DNA from: Desulfosudaceae bacterium | Lineage (GTDB): Bacteria; Desulfobacterota; Desulfobacteria; Desulfobacterales; Desulfosudaceae | DNA length: 64,000 nt | Reading direction: 5' to 3' | Assembly: GCA_963674745.2 (NCBI GenBank) | Contig: CAXXDV010000001.1 | Span: forward strand, 1,856,001 to 1,920,000 | Part shown: piece after piece, positions 18,884 to 28,111 of the stretch | Numbering within the stretch: position 1 is the stretch's first letter | Layout of the letters: each line of letters begins with the position of its first letter | Program-made: the position numbers and the translations under genes | The notes under the pieces: model-generated | The model's database searches: none | What the model saw: only the letters and a program-made list of their open reading frames with translations | What the model was told of the DNA's origin: nothing

Positions 18884-19930
18884 ATGGCATCTTATGTTTT
18901 TGTACTCTGCCTGGCAGTATTTCTGGTAATCATTCTGGCATGGGGTTTCAAGCATCTGCCTGACGCATGCTGGCAGTTCGTGGCGGCGGTCCCCAGGGGA
19001 AAGCTGCCGCAAGGCGGGTGGTCCGGGGCGAATTTTACCTATTATGGCCTGATCATTGCCTGTTCAACCGTATTTTCAATGGCACTGGCCATTTTTCTGC
19101 TGGGCGCCATTTCGTTACCGCTAAAGGCGTCGTTAACTGTGGCCGCAATCCTTATGGCTGTCTGTATTCCTGCTTCACGAATAGTGGCGGGAATTGTGGA
19201 AAAAAAACGTCACACTTTTACGGTGGGCGGCGCGCTTTTTCTCGGTATTCTGCTCATGCCCTGGGTGATTTATCTGGTCAAAAAAACGGGAACCGGCCAT
19301 TTCCAGATGGAAGTGCTGCCGGTTTGCGCGGCTCTGGCTATTGCCTACGGTTTTGGAGAGGGACTGGGGCGTCTGGCCTGCCTGAGTTTCGGCTGCTGTT
19401 ACGGGAAACCCATGTCCCAGGTACACCCATTGCTCCGGCGTGTTTTCGGCGGACATGGAACCATCTTTCACGGTGAAACAAAGAAGATCGCATATGCTTC
19501 CGGGCTGGAGGGCGAAAAAGTTTTTCCGGTTCAGGCCGTCACCACTACCCTTTACTGTGCCAGCGCCTTGATCAGCACCCTTTTGTTTCTAAAAGGGCAC
19601 TTTGCCGCGGCTCTGGTGCAGGTGCTTACTATTACACAGATCTGGCGGATTGTTTCTGAAACCCTTCGGCATGACTATCGAGGCGATGGGGAGATATCCG
19701 CTTATCAGATTATGATGATCATCACCCTTTTTTACAGCTTTAGTCTACCGTTTGCTTTCCCCATGTCAAACACCACTGCACCTTCCCTGGTTTCCGGCTG
19801 GCTGACAATCTGGTCTCCGGGTGTGATTCTGGCCCTCCAGGCCGTCTGGATGGTCATGTTTGTCTATTACGGCAAAAGCCGGGTTACCCGGGCGGTCATC
19901 GCTTTTAACGTGCAGCAGGACCGGATATGA
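18884..19930 (+). CDS. Prolipoprotein diacylglyceryl transferase (Lgt)-family membrane protein, divergent
   Basis: YYGL, GEGLGRLACLSFGCCYGKP and WRIVSETLRHD motifs; about 9 TMs. Confidence 0.8.
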   Translation: MASYVFVLCLAVFLVIILAWGFKHLPDACWQFVAAVPRGKLPQGGWSGANFTYYGLIIACSTVFSMALAIFLLGAISLPLKASLTVAAILMAVCIPASRIVAGIVEKKRHTFTVGGALFLGILLMPWVIYLVKKTGTGHFQMEVLPVCAALAIAYGFGEGLGRLACLSFGCCYGKPMSQVHPLLRRVFGGHGTIFHGETKKIAYASGLEGEKVFPVQAVTTTLYCASALISTLLFLKGHFAAALVQVLTITQIWRIVSETLRHDYRGDGEISAYQIMMIITLFYSFSLPFAFPMSNTTAPSLVSGWLTIWSPGVILALQAVWMVMFVYYGKSRVTRAVIAFNVQQDRI

Positions 19931-19963
19931 GACAAAGAAAACACCCCCACTTCTGAGATTGAC

Positions 19964-21091
19964 TCACAAATCCGATTCGGCAATGGCATCTGTTCTGGAG
20001 CGGTAAAGTACAGCGCCGACAATTGCCGTGAAAGGCGCAACCGCGACCAGACCGAAGCTGCCGACAAAGATATTCAGGATTTCGGACGCCACAAAGTTGA
20101 TATTGAGTATCTGCTTAACTTTCAGTCCTTGCCCCATAAAACACATCAGCATGGCGGTATACCCACCGGAATAAGCCAGCAAAAGGGTCGTCGTCATGGT
20201 GCCGATGACGGATCGGCCGACAGCCATCCCGGAAGTAAACAAATCCCAGGTTCCGATATCCGGTTTTTTGTTCGTTATTTCATCCATTGAGGCGGCAATG
20301 TCCATGGCCAGATCCATGACAGCGCCCGAGCATGCCAGGAAGATACCTGATATAAAAATTTTCATCAGGTCCAGGTGAGGATATCCGGAATATAAAAGGT
20401 TTTCGGCAAAGGGCTTTACCGCACCGTGAAGATGAAAACCGGGAGCGAACAGTTCAGCCAGTATGCAGGCCAGCATCAGACCGGCAAAAGATCCAAGAAA
20501 AGCGGTTATCCCCTTACGGGTCATTCCCCCGACCAGGAAGCTGACCGACCCGGTCAGCGCGGCAACCACGCCGAGCGTGACCGGAATGGGGCTGATATTT
20601 TTCAAAAGAAGCGGAATCAAGAGTTTCCAGAGCATCAACGCCGCGAATACAAGTGAAAGGAGGGCCTTAAGGCCTGTTTTGCCGGCAACGGCAACCAGAA
20701 AAATACTAAACAGGACAACCAGGACCAATTCATGGGTCAGCCGATAGTGCCCCCGGGTGTATGCAAGGTGGACACTGCCATGGGCGGTATTGTATTCGAC
20801 CAGGATAATATCGTCGACTTTGTAAATTTCATCGTATTCGAGTTTGCCGGACAATGGATTGACCACCCTGGCCCTGGCCCCTTTATGCGGGCCGTCAAGC
20901 ATCTCGACCTGAACATCCTGCGTGCCGGTCTTGGCGATTAAATTCCGGCGCAGATCCTTGTTATCAATGGAAACGACTTTTGCCTTGGCCAGGATCGCGG
21001 TCTTCGACTGGCTTCCCTCAAACCCGGTGGGAAGGAACCAGAGAAGAATGGACAGGGCGGTAAATAAAATAACGGAAGCGTATTCTTTCAT
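19964..21091 (-). CDS. YibE/F family membrane protein
   Basis: GAVMDLAMDIAAS, GRSVIGTMTTTLLLAYSG and VAPFTA motifs. Start moved to ATG 21091. Confidence 0.88.
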   Translation of the reverse strand: MKEYASVILFTALSILLWFLPTGFEGSQSKTAILAKAKVVSIDNKDLRRNLIAKTGTQDVQVEMLDGPHKGARARVVNPLSGKLEYDEIYKVDDIILVEYNTAHGSVHLAYTRGHYRLTHELVLVVLFSIFLVAVAGKTGLKALLSLVFAALMLWKLLIPLLLKNISPIPVTLGVVAALTGSVSFLVGGMTRKGITAFLGSFAGLMLACILAELFAPGFHLHGAVKPFAENLLYSGYPHLDLMKIFISGIFLACSGAVMDLAMDIAASMDEITNKKPDIGTWDLFTSGMAVGRSVIGTMTTTLLLAYSGGYTAMLMCFMGQGLKVKQILNINFVASEILNIFVGSFGLVAVAPFTAIVGAVLYRSRTDAIAESDL

Positions 21092-21110
21092 GGTTTGTTT
21101 TATATCCTGA

Positions 21111-21154
21111 AAAATTAAAAAACGTGGGTGGAAAAGTCTTTTTTCCACCCACGT
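21111..21154 (-). terminator. Rho-independent terminator after alkaline phosphatase 1
   Basis: 14-bp perfect stem acgtgggtggaaaa/ttttccacccacgt, followed by a T-rich run on the minus strand. Confidence 0.75.
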
Positions 21155-21213
21155 ATCTGTCCATCCGGTGCTTTTCAGATCTGACCGGATTATTAATGGT
21201 TAATTAAAACCGA

Positions 21214-22779
21214 TTAGAACGGGTAGCCCAAGTTTATATTCATGATTTCTGCGATTTTATTGGCTACATCCGTATTCTCGTAATAACCATCAAAGATGTC
21301 AGCATTGACGCCGGAGACCAGAACCGGAACCGGAACAGCGGTATGGTAATAGGAGGTCCATGCCAGACCGGCTTTGCGGTTCAAAAGATGGGTAATGGTG
21401 ACGCTTAACGGATTGTAGTAGTCATACAGGAGATTGTCTTCTTCCTGATAATTGCTGCTAGTCTCGTGGACGGCTTTATCGAAAGCCGCTTCCAGAAGGC
21501 TGATTTCGTATTCGGACAGATCGTCGTCGGTGTCATCCGTAAGAGAAGCACCGTCAAGGCCGAAGTATGTATAAATAATCTGCCACATATCGGCATCAAT
21601 GTTCGCCGGGGCCGGATCATGGCCGGCCAGATAATCGCTGAAAATGGTGCTGTCAAAATCATCATAGGCGATTGTCTGGTTGACCAGTCTTTCATAATAA
21701 GTCTCATATCCGGTTCCGGCAAAGCCCAGGGACATACCGCCGCACTCATGATCACCGGTTACGACGATCAAGGTCTGGGAGGGGTGTTCTTCGGCAAAAT
21801 CCACAGCAACCTGAACGGCATCATCAAAGGCAATGGTGTCTTCGATAGCCGCGCGTGCGTCGTTGGCATGGCAGGCCCAGTCAATCTTGCCGCCTTCAAC
21901 CATCATGAAAAATCCCTGGCTGTTACCTTCCATCAACTCAATTCCCTTGGCCGTGAATTCGGCCAGCGTAATGGAGCCCTCATACGCTTCACCGGCCCCG
22001 TCGGCGTTCATCCGGTTGATGGCATACGGGATGGCGTTGGATCCATCAAGGTAGGGGTTCACCGCGATCGCCTGGCCGGAATTTTCGTTTAAGGCATCAA
22101 ATTCCGCTCTTGTGTCAGCGTATCTAAAACCGTTGGCTACGGCCGTGTTTTCCACCACCTGGTAACGCTCTTCATTGGACATTCCGTCATATTGGGCACT
22201 TTTCCACTTGTTGACCCGGAAACCGCCACCGGCAAAATAATCGAAACCTGAATTGAGCAGTTCAAAATCGATCTGTTCGTAATTATTCCGGCTGGGCTGA
22301 TGGGCGTAAAACACCGCCGGTGTCGCATGGTCGATGGAAACACTCGAAATAATACCGACTTTCTTACCTTTCCATTTAGCCGCTTCGGCAAGAGTGGTAT
22401 AGGGCATGGTGGCTTTCGGATCCATGGCAATTACACCGATGTTGGTTTTCTTGCCACAGGCCAGCGCCGTCCCGGCTGCGGCGGATCCGGTGATAAACCG
22501 GTCATTGGCATAGCTCATTTGCATGCCCTGTACGGGAAATTCACTCATGGCCAGTTTTTTGGCTTTGACGCCTCCGGCAACCGTGTCATCATCCTGGAGT
22601 GATGCCAGGTATGCCTCGGTGGCATGAATTTGCGGACTGGCCATGCCGTCACCGATAAAAAGAAAAACATATTTTGGCCCGGCACTGTTAGAACTGCTGG
22701 CGGCAAAAGATAAATTAACGCTCAGCAGGCAAGCAAGGCCTGCCATACAAAATGGCCTGACGAAATTTGAAAATTTCAT
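21214..22779 (-). CDS. phoA: Alkaline phosphatase (PhoA family), secreted
   Basis: IGDGM, TGSAAAGTA (nucleophile Ser), HATPA, EGGKIDWACH, TGDHECGG and HTAVPV motifs; signal peptide. Confidence 0.92.
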   Translation of the reverse strand: MKFSNFVRPFCMAGLACLLSVNLSFAASSSNSAGPKYVFLFIGDGMASPQIHATEAYLASLQDDDTVAGGVKAKKLAMSEFPVQGMQMSYANDRFITGSAAAGTALACGKKTNIGVIAMDPKATMPYTTLAEAAKWKGKKVGIISSVSIDHATPAVFYAHQPSRNNYEQIDFELLNSGFDYFAGGGFRVNKWKSAQYDGMSNEERYQVVENTAVANGFRYADTRAEFDALNENSGQAIAVNPYLDGSNAIPYAINRMNADGAGEAYEGSITLAEFTAKGIELMEGNSQGFFMMVEGGKIDWACHANDARAAIEDTIAFDDAVQVAVDFAEEHPSQTLIVVTGDHECGGMSLGFAGTGYETYYERLVNQTIAYDDFDSTIFSDYLAGHDPAPANIDADMWQIIYTYFGLDGASLTDDTDDDLSEYEISLLEAAFDKAVHETSSNYQEEDNLLYDYYNPLSVTITHLLNRKAGLAWTSYYHTAVPVPVLVSGVNADIFDGYYENTDVANKIAEIMNINLGYPF

Positions 22780-23024
22780 TTTCTTCCCCTTTATGAGTTT
22801 AGATTATTTTCAGTTAAAAATTTTTACAGTTAAATCGAAATTAAACGTTTAAAGTCCAGCGTACTTGCTGTGCAGACATGCGGGCACCAAACCACCCCCC
22901 CTTGAATTGTTGTGCTGTTTTGATTTATACTTCTGCTGATTGAATCGACAGGCGCGGCTAAAAACACGCTTTTCTGTGATCTGGTTCCACTTATCTTGGG
23001 AATATTAACCGAAAATAATAATCC

Positions 23025-23041
23025 GGTTATTTTTTTATGAA
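23025..23041 (-). promoter_or_regulatory. Pho-box-like pair facing alkaline phosphatase 1
   Basis: Minus-strand TTCATAaaaaaATAACC. Confidence 0.5.
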
Positions 23042-23237
23042 CGTGTCCCGAATGATGTCTGCCTGATAAGAAAACGGGGAAATCAGTACTGGCGTTGTAA
23101 AGTGCCAGATTGGAAAAAAAGATTGTCAAGTCAGAATCAAAGACGATTGCACGAATTTCAAAAAAGTCCTGGCCGGAGCCCACCCCAGGCACTCATGGTG
23201 AATACACGGCATGGAAAAAATTTATAATAAAACCGGG

Positions 23238-24452
23238 TTAAGGCTGATTTCTTTCAGCTTTAATCAGATCTTCAACGATGGCCAGGCTGCCTTCGGCCCA
23301 GGAACGATAACGTTCGAACCCGGCCGCTCGTTTTAAGGCCTTTTCGGCCTCTTTCCAGTCCTTTAGGTCCATGGCACATAGGCCAAGCATGATACAGGCG
23401 GTGCTGTTTTTATCATCCAGTTCCAAGGCTTCCTGAAAAGCTTCCATAGCCCGGGCGGTATCCATTTTGTGATATAAAAATATGCCCTTTTTCAGATAAT
23501 GTTCCGGGCTGGGGGCTAGATCTATCGTTTTCTGGATAAATTCAATCGCCTTGTCATAGCGTAATGCCCTGGCATAGGTTTCAGCCAGTTGTTCGGTGAT
23601 GTCACCACACTTTTTTTGCCCCAGCGCTTTTTCAAGACAACCGGCGGCTTTTAAAGGCGCATTGATGTAATAATAGATATCTGACAGGTTCTTCCAGTCA
23701 CCAGGCTCGGGCAGTTTTAACTGATACGCGATTTCAAGCGCTGCGGCGGCATCCCGGTAGCGATTCCGGTTGATGTTCAGGTGTGCTAATAGCTCCCAGT
23801 ATTCAGCCGATTGGGGTGCAGTTATAAGCAATGTTTCAATCGTTTTTTCGGCCGCCGCCCAGGATTTCTGGCTGATTTGCGTATATGCCAGAAGTATTAA
23901 CCAGTCCTGTCGGGGCGGGGCAAAATTTGCGGTCAACTGTTGAAGGGTTATTTCCGCGAGGGGAAAATGTTCTCCCTGATAATAGGCGGTCGCCGCCCGA
24001 TAGAGAAAATCGGCATCTGGCGGTTGCCCGGCTTTTTTTTGAATATTATAGGCTTCAACAAAATGCTCTCCCGATAATCGAAATTGACCGGTCTGATAAC
24101 AGACCAGCGCGTAGTTCCTGTGCAGGTCAACGCTGGCGGGAATAACTGCCAGTCCCTGTTGATAGGATTCCTGCGCTGCCGTATAATTTTCCTGATAGAA
24201 CCAGGTATTACCGAGGAGCAGATATACTTCTGCGTACGGGGCATCGGGCTTTTCTGTCAGATACCCGTTAATGGTTGACCGCGCCTGATCATAATTTTTC
24301 GCTTTTATGGCCTGTTGGGCATAATAGAGCGTGTTTCGTACCTGGCGGGGGAGATAGTCCGCCTGACCGCCCTGGACGACAGATGTGCTCATTCCCAGAA
24401 TCAGGGCAAGAATGATACAGGTGAGTTGAATCTGGCGGCAAAGATGCATCAT
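23238..24452 (-). CDS. Periplasmic tetratricopeptide-repeat protein (TtpD-like, TonB-system associated)
   Basis: Signal peptide and many TPR helices; last gene of the TonB operon. Confidence 0.85.
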   Translation of the reverse strand: MMHLCRQIQLTCIILALILGMSTSVVQGGQADYLPRQVRNTLYYAQQAIKAKNYDQARSTINGYLTEKPDAPYAEVYLLLGNTWFYQENYTAAQESYQQGLAVIPASVDLHRNYALVCYQTGQFRLSGEHFVEAYNIQKKAGQPPDADFLYRAATAYYQGEHFPLAEITLQQLTANFAPPRQDWLILLAYTQISQKSWAAAEKTIETLLITAPQSAEYWELLAHLNINRNRYRDAAAALEIAYQLKLPEPGDWKNLSDIYYYINAPLKAAGCLEKALGQKKCGDITEQLAETYARALRYDKAIEFIQKTIDLAPSPEHYLKKGIFLYHKMDTARAMEAFQEALELDDKNSTACIMLGLCAMDLKDWKEAEKALKRAAGFERYRSWAEGSLAIVEDLIKAERNQP

Positions 24453-24513
24453 TATCAGTTTATTGCACAGGTAATTTTAAAAAAGCATTTCAAAATATTA
24501 CGGGCAGGGCGGA

Positions 24514-24912
24514 TTACAAGTCAAATCGGATTGGTACAATCAATCTGGTATTTACCGGTTTGCCCTCATGTATTGCCGGCTTAAAACGCCACTTTAGAAC
24601 CGCTTCAATAACACTTTGGTCAAAGACATCTGATGGTTCGGACCTTATAATAGCCGGATTTTTTACATTTCCTCCCCGGTCCACAATAAACTTGACAGAG
24701 ACTTTACCGGTAATCCTTTGCTGCCGAGCCTCATCAGGATAAACCGGACTGACCCGGCTTAGCAAAAGGGGTCGCTGGTCTACTTCGTTAAGATTCAAAG
24801 CCTCATCGAATCCGTTTTCTAGGGTTAGACCCGGTGTAACGCCAATACTCATTATCAATGTTATCATGATAACGGTCACTCGAAATTGGTTTGATAATCG
24901 TTTCATTGTCAA
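24514..24912 (-). CDS. Short TonB-family protein (anchor plus TonB C-terminal domain)
   Basis: PVYPDEAR, GKVSVKFIVD and WRFKPA motifs; no Pro-rich spacer. Confidence 0.85.
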   Translation of the reverse strand: MTMKRLSNQFRVTVIMITLIMSIGVTPGLTLENGFDEALNLNEVDQRPLLLSRVSPVYPDEARQQRITGKVSVKFIVDRGGNVKNPAIIRSEPSDVFDQSVIEAVLKWRFKPAIHEGKPVNTRLIVPIRFDL

Positions 24913-24969
24913 TTCACCTTAATAAGTCCAAACATCCTCTAAAAAACCATTCGGTTTCATATCTTCTAA

Positions 24970-25653
24970 CTACATGTCGAACCGGATCGGTATCGTCATT
25001 CGCGAATCAACCGGCTTTCCCTTAAACATACCGGGCTCAAAGCGCCACTTTAAGACTGCGTCAACGGTGTTGTTATCAAAAACGCCTGGCGGTTCGGATC
25101 TGACAACGGCCGGGTTTTTTACCATCCCGTGACGGTCAACAATAAATTTTACGAGGACTTTACCGGAAATCTTTTCTTGTCGAGCCTTATAAGGATAAAG
25201 CGGTTCAATCCGGCTGATCAGGCGGGGCCGCTGATCCAGCTCATTAAGATTGAAAATCGAATCAATGCCGGCGATGGCCGGGGGAACGGCAATTGCCATA
25301 TCTCCGGGGCCTTTGCCGGCCAGGGCAGGATCAAAACGGGGCAAATCCAGCTGGATCTGCGGCGGTGGAGGCGGATCATTCTGCTGTTCGTCAGGCATAA
25401 CGTCTTTTTCCGGCAACGGTTTCAACTCTTCGTCTCTGGTCACCTTTTTCTGCTCATCCTGCGGTTTTTCAATCAATTGCGGTTTATCCATTGTCACTAC
25501 CGTTGCCGGTTCGCTCCGGTCCCTGGAGGGCCGTTGGGATCCGGTCAACATGGGTATCATTATAAAGACCAGAATGTTTATCAGGGCTGTTAATACAACA
25601 ATCCACAAATAGTTCAACATCCAGGACGGTATTCGGGAAGGTTCCGTGTCCAT
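24970..25653 (-). CDS. tonB: Energy transducer TonB
   Basis: TM, Pro-rich linker, PLYPYKAR...WRFEPG. Start moved to ATG 25653. Confidence 0.88.
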   Translation of the reverse strand: MDTEPSRIPSWMLNYLWIVVLTALINILVFIMIPMLTGSQRPSRDRSEPATVVTMDKPQLIEKPQDEQKKVTRDEELKPLPEKDVMPDEQQNDPPPPPQIQLDLPRFDPALAGKGPGDMAIAVPPAIAGIDSIFNLNELDQRPRLISRIEPLYPYKARQEKISGKVLVKFIVDRHGMVKNPAVVRSEPPGVFDNNTVDAVLKWRFEPGMFKGKPVDSRMTIPIRFDM

Positions 25654-25667
25654 GACCAAGTCTTCTT

Positions 25668-26078
25668 TTATTCTGGTTTTCGGGCCGCGATACTGATGTT
25701 CTGCACACCAGCCAGCCGGCATCCATCAAGCACCTTTATCAGGGTATCGATCTGGCCCTGTTTGTCAGCGGCAATGACAACAGAACCTTTGGGTGTCTCC
25801 AGAACATACTGTTTCATGCGCGAACGAACCGATCGGACATCGATATGTTTCCCTTGAATAAAGACCTGGCCCTCTTCATCGATGCCGATAATCATATTAG
25901 CCGACTCTTTGGAAACAGCTGACTTTGCTACCGGCCGCTTAACATCAACACCCGATTCTTTCACAAAACTGGTCGTGACAAGGAAAAAAATCAACAGGAT
26001 AAAAATCATATCAATCAACGGCGCCATGTTGATCTCCAGGGCCCGGGACCTTCGGTTGCGGATGCTGCCAACGCTCAT
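25668..26078 (-). CDS. exbD: Biopolymer transporter ExbD
   Basis: INMAPLIDMIFILLIFFLVTTSF motif. Confidence 0.93.
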   Translation of the reverse strand: MSVGSIRNRRSRALEINMAPLIDMIFILLIFFLVTTSFVKESGVDVKRPVAKSAVSKESANMIIGIDEEGQVFIQGKHIDVRSVRSRMKQYVLETPKGSVVIAADKQGQIDTLIKVLDGCRLAGVQNISIAARKPE

Positions 26079-26105
26079 GAATGTTTATTCCTTTTCTTTA
26101 ATGAA

Positions 26106-26693
26106 TTACAGTTCTCGTAAAAGCCCCAGGCAGAAATAATGTATTCGGTCCCTGATTCTTTCCGCCCGGCGACTGATAAAACTGCCTAGAATCAAGCCCG
26201 GTACTGCTACTACCAGGCCGGTCTGGGTGGTAATCAGGGCTTCGGAAATGCCGGATGCCATGGCCCTGGCATTGCCGGTGCCGAACAGGGAAATCACGTC
26301 AAATGTTTTGATCATGCCGACAACTGTTCCCAGCAGGCCCAGCAGGGGAGTTATAGCCGCAAGCACCAGGATGGTTTTGACATGCCGGTCCACCCGCATC
26401 TCATGAAGCCGCTGAAGTCTGTCCAGGTCCTTTTTGGTCGGCTTAAGACGTGCTGTCCGGTATTGCATGAAACTTTGCAGGATTTCAACCTGCCAGGGCG
26501 CTGCGGAAAAACCGGGTGAATCTTTTTCTTGAACACACTCCAGAACGGACCGTTCCTGGCTACGCCAGCGGTAAAATTCAACGAGTTTGGTGATAATTAA
26601 TCCCCACATCCACACGGAAATGACAATCAGGGGGATAATTACCCCACCGCCGCTCTGGAGATATTCAACGGTTTCAATCAGCAGATTGTTCAT
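26106..26693 (-). CDS. exbB: MotA/TolQ/ExbB proton channel protein
   Basis: PLLGLLGTVVGMIKTF and GISEALITT motifs. Confidence 0.92.
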   Translation of the reverse strand: MNNLLIETVEYLQSGGGVIIPLIVISVWMWGLIITKLVEFYRWRSQERSVLECVQEKDSPGFSAAPWQVEILQSFMQYRTARLKPTKKDLDRLQRLHEMRVDRHVKTILVLAAITPLLGLLGTVVGMIKTFDVISLFGTGNARAMASGISEALITTQTGLVVAVPGLILGSFISRRAERIRDRIHYFCLGLLREL

Positions 26694-28111
26694 TGGGCCG
26701 TTGCCCCCTCTGTGATAACGCCTTTCTTTAAAAGTGCCACTACGATTTTATTGCCTTTTTCCTCGATATCCCCCAGTATTTTGTCAATACGCCGTTCCAG
26801 AAAATGATGCATTAAGATGATCGGCACGGCTACGGCCAGGCCGAGCTGGGTGGTCACCAGTGCCTCGGAAATACCGCCGGACATCAATTTGGGATCGCCG
26901 GTACCAAACAGGGTAATCACCTGAAAGGTATTAATCATACCGGTCACCGTACCCAACAGCCCCAGCAGGGGGGCGATGGCCGCCAGGACAGCCAGGGTGG
27001 CCACAAACCTTTCCAGGCGAGGAATCTGTCGCAGTATAGCCTCCTGAATTGCGTTCTCCATGGTCTCCCTGGAGACGTTCAAGTGCTCGAAAACCGACCG
27101 TAACACCCGGCAGGTCGGAAAACGGTTGTTTTTATCACAATAGTCGCGGCATGCCTGCCATTCTTCCCGGTCAACATACCCAAGAATATCGGCCATGATT
27201 TTATCTGAGTTGGTACGAATCCGCATGAGAAAGGCAAATCGTTCGGAGGCCAGAACAATGGCCACCAATCCGATAAGTAAAAGCGGCCATATTAACAGGC
27301 CGCCGGCATTCAGCCAGTCGGCTACATCTTTCTTCTCCGACAGCATCTCAAAAACCGTACCGCCGGAAATGTCCAGAGGCATATGAAGTGTCTTGCCTTT
27401 AAAGTACGATTTCAAGGAAGACGACACGTGCCAGGGAAGATCCCCGGTTACCGCTACATATTTTTTATTTTCTCCTGTGCGAAGATATCCGACATCATTG
27501 TTACGGGTCTGAAAGGCTGCCGTAAGGGTACCGATACGAATGATCCGACCGGTTAGTTCGCTGTAGTCAGGACCGATAAAACGCCCTTCATACAATTTTC
27601 GTTCACCGGATGCGGCCAATTCCGACCAGTATATATCAACCAGGGTATGTACGCCCTCAATCCCGGGAAACCGTTGTTTTGAAATCAACGGCATTAATTG
27701 TTCCATACGATGCGGTTGTTCAGCCGAAACCGGACTTTTCTCAATCAATGCGACAGCCCGCTGCGCGGCATTATAAAGCGTATCTTCGACGTTTTTGATC
27801 TCTTCTTTTTCGCTTTCAATGGCTTCTTTCAGGATTGTTTCCCCATCCAGTAAATTCTGAAACGTCTCTTTTCTGGCACGAAAAACTTCTTCCGCCGCAC
27901 TCAGCTGTTCGGTCAGGCGGTTTCTTTCCTTCTGAAGTTGACTGCGATCCATTTGAATCAGGGACAACGTATATCGGGCATCCTGTTGTGTCTGTCGGCT
28001 CTCCTCGATAATCCGGGAAGCAAAAGATTCTGTCCGGGGTTCGGAAAAGGCTGTGCACAGAGGAAAAAGAGAAAAGACCAGGATGAACATATAACACCAC
28101 CGCAATCTCAT
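26690..28111 (-). CDS. Large ExbB-like protein with periplasmic coiled coil (TtpC-like)
   Basis: Signal peptide, coiled coil and a C-terminal MotA/ExbB domain. Confidence 0.88.
   Translation of the reverse strand: MRLRWCYMFILVFSLFPLCTAFSEPRTESFASRIIEESRQTQQDARYTLSLIQMDRSQLQKERNRLTEQLSAAEEVFRARKETFQNLLDGETILKEAIESEKEEIKNVEDTLYNAAQRAVALIEKSPVSAEQPHRMEQLMPLISKQRFPGIEGVHTLVDIYWSELAASGERKLYEGRFIGPDYSELTGRIIRIGTLTAAFQTRNNDVGYLRTGENKKYVAVTGDLPWHVSSSLKSYFKGKTLHMPLDISGGTVFEMLSEKKDVADWLNAGGLLIWPLLLIGLVAIVLASERFAFLMRIRTNSDKIMADILGYVDREEWQACRDYCDKNNRFPTCRVLRSVFEHLNVSRETMENAIQEAILRQIPRLERFVATLAVLAAIAPLLGLLGTVTGMINTFQVITLFGTGDPKLMSGGISEALVTTQLGLAVAVPIILMHHFLERRIDKILGDIEEKGNKIVVALLKKGVITEGATAQ

Noticed and set aside
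21466..22092. 208-aa plus-strand ORF (and many similar 60-170 aa overlapping ORFs across the window)
   Set aside because: Antisense or alternate-frame shadows of well-supported genes, with no motifs.
22830..23192. 120-aa ORF between the TPR gene and phoA
   Set aside because: No motif or clear RBS; overlaps the probable promoter region.
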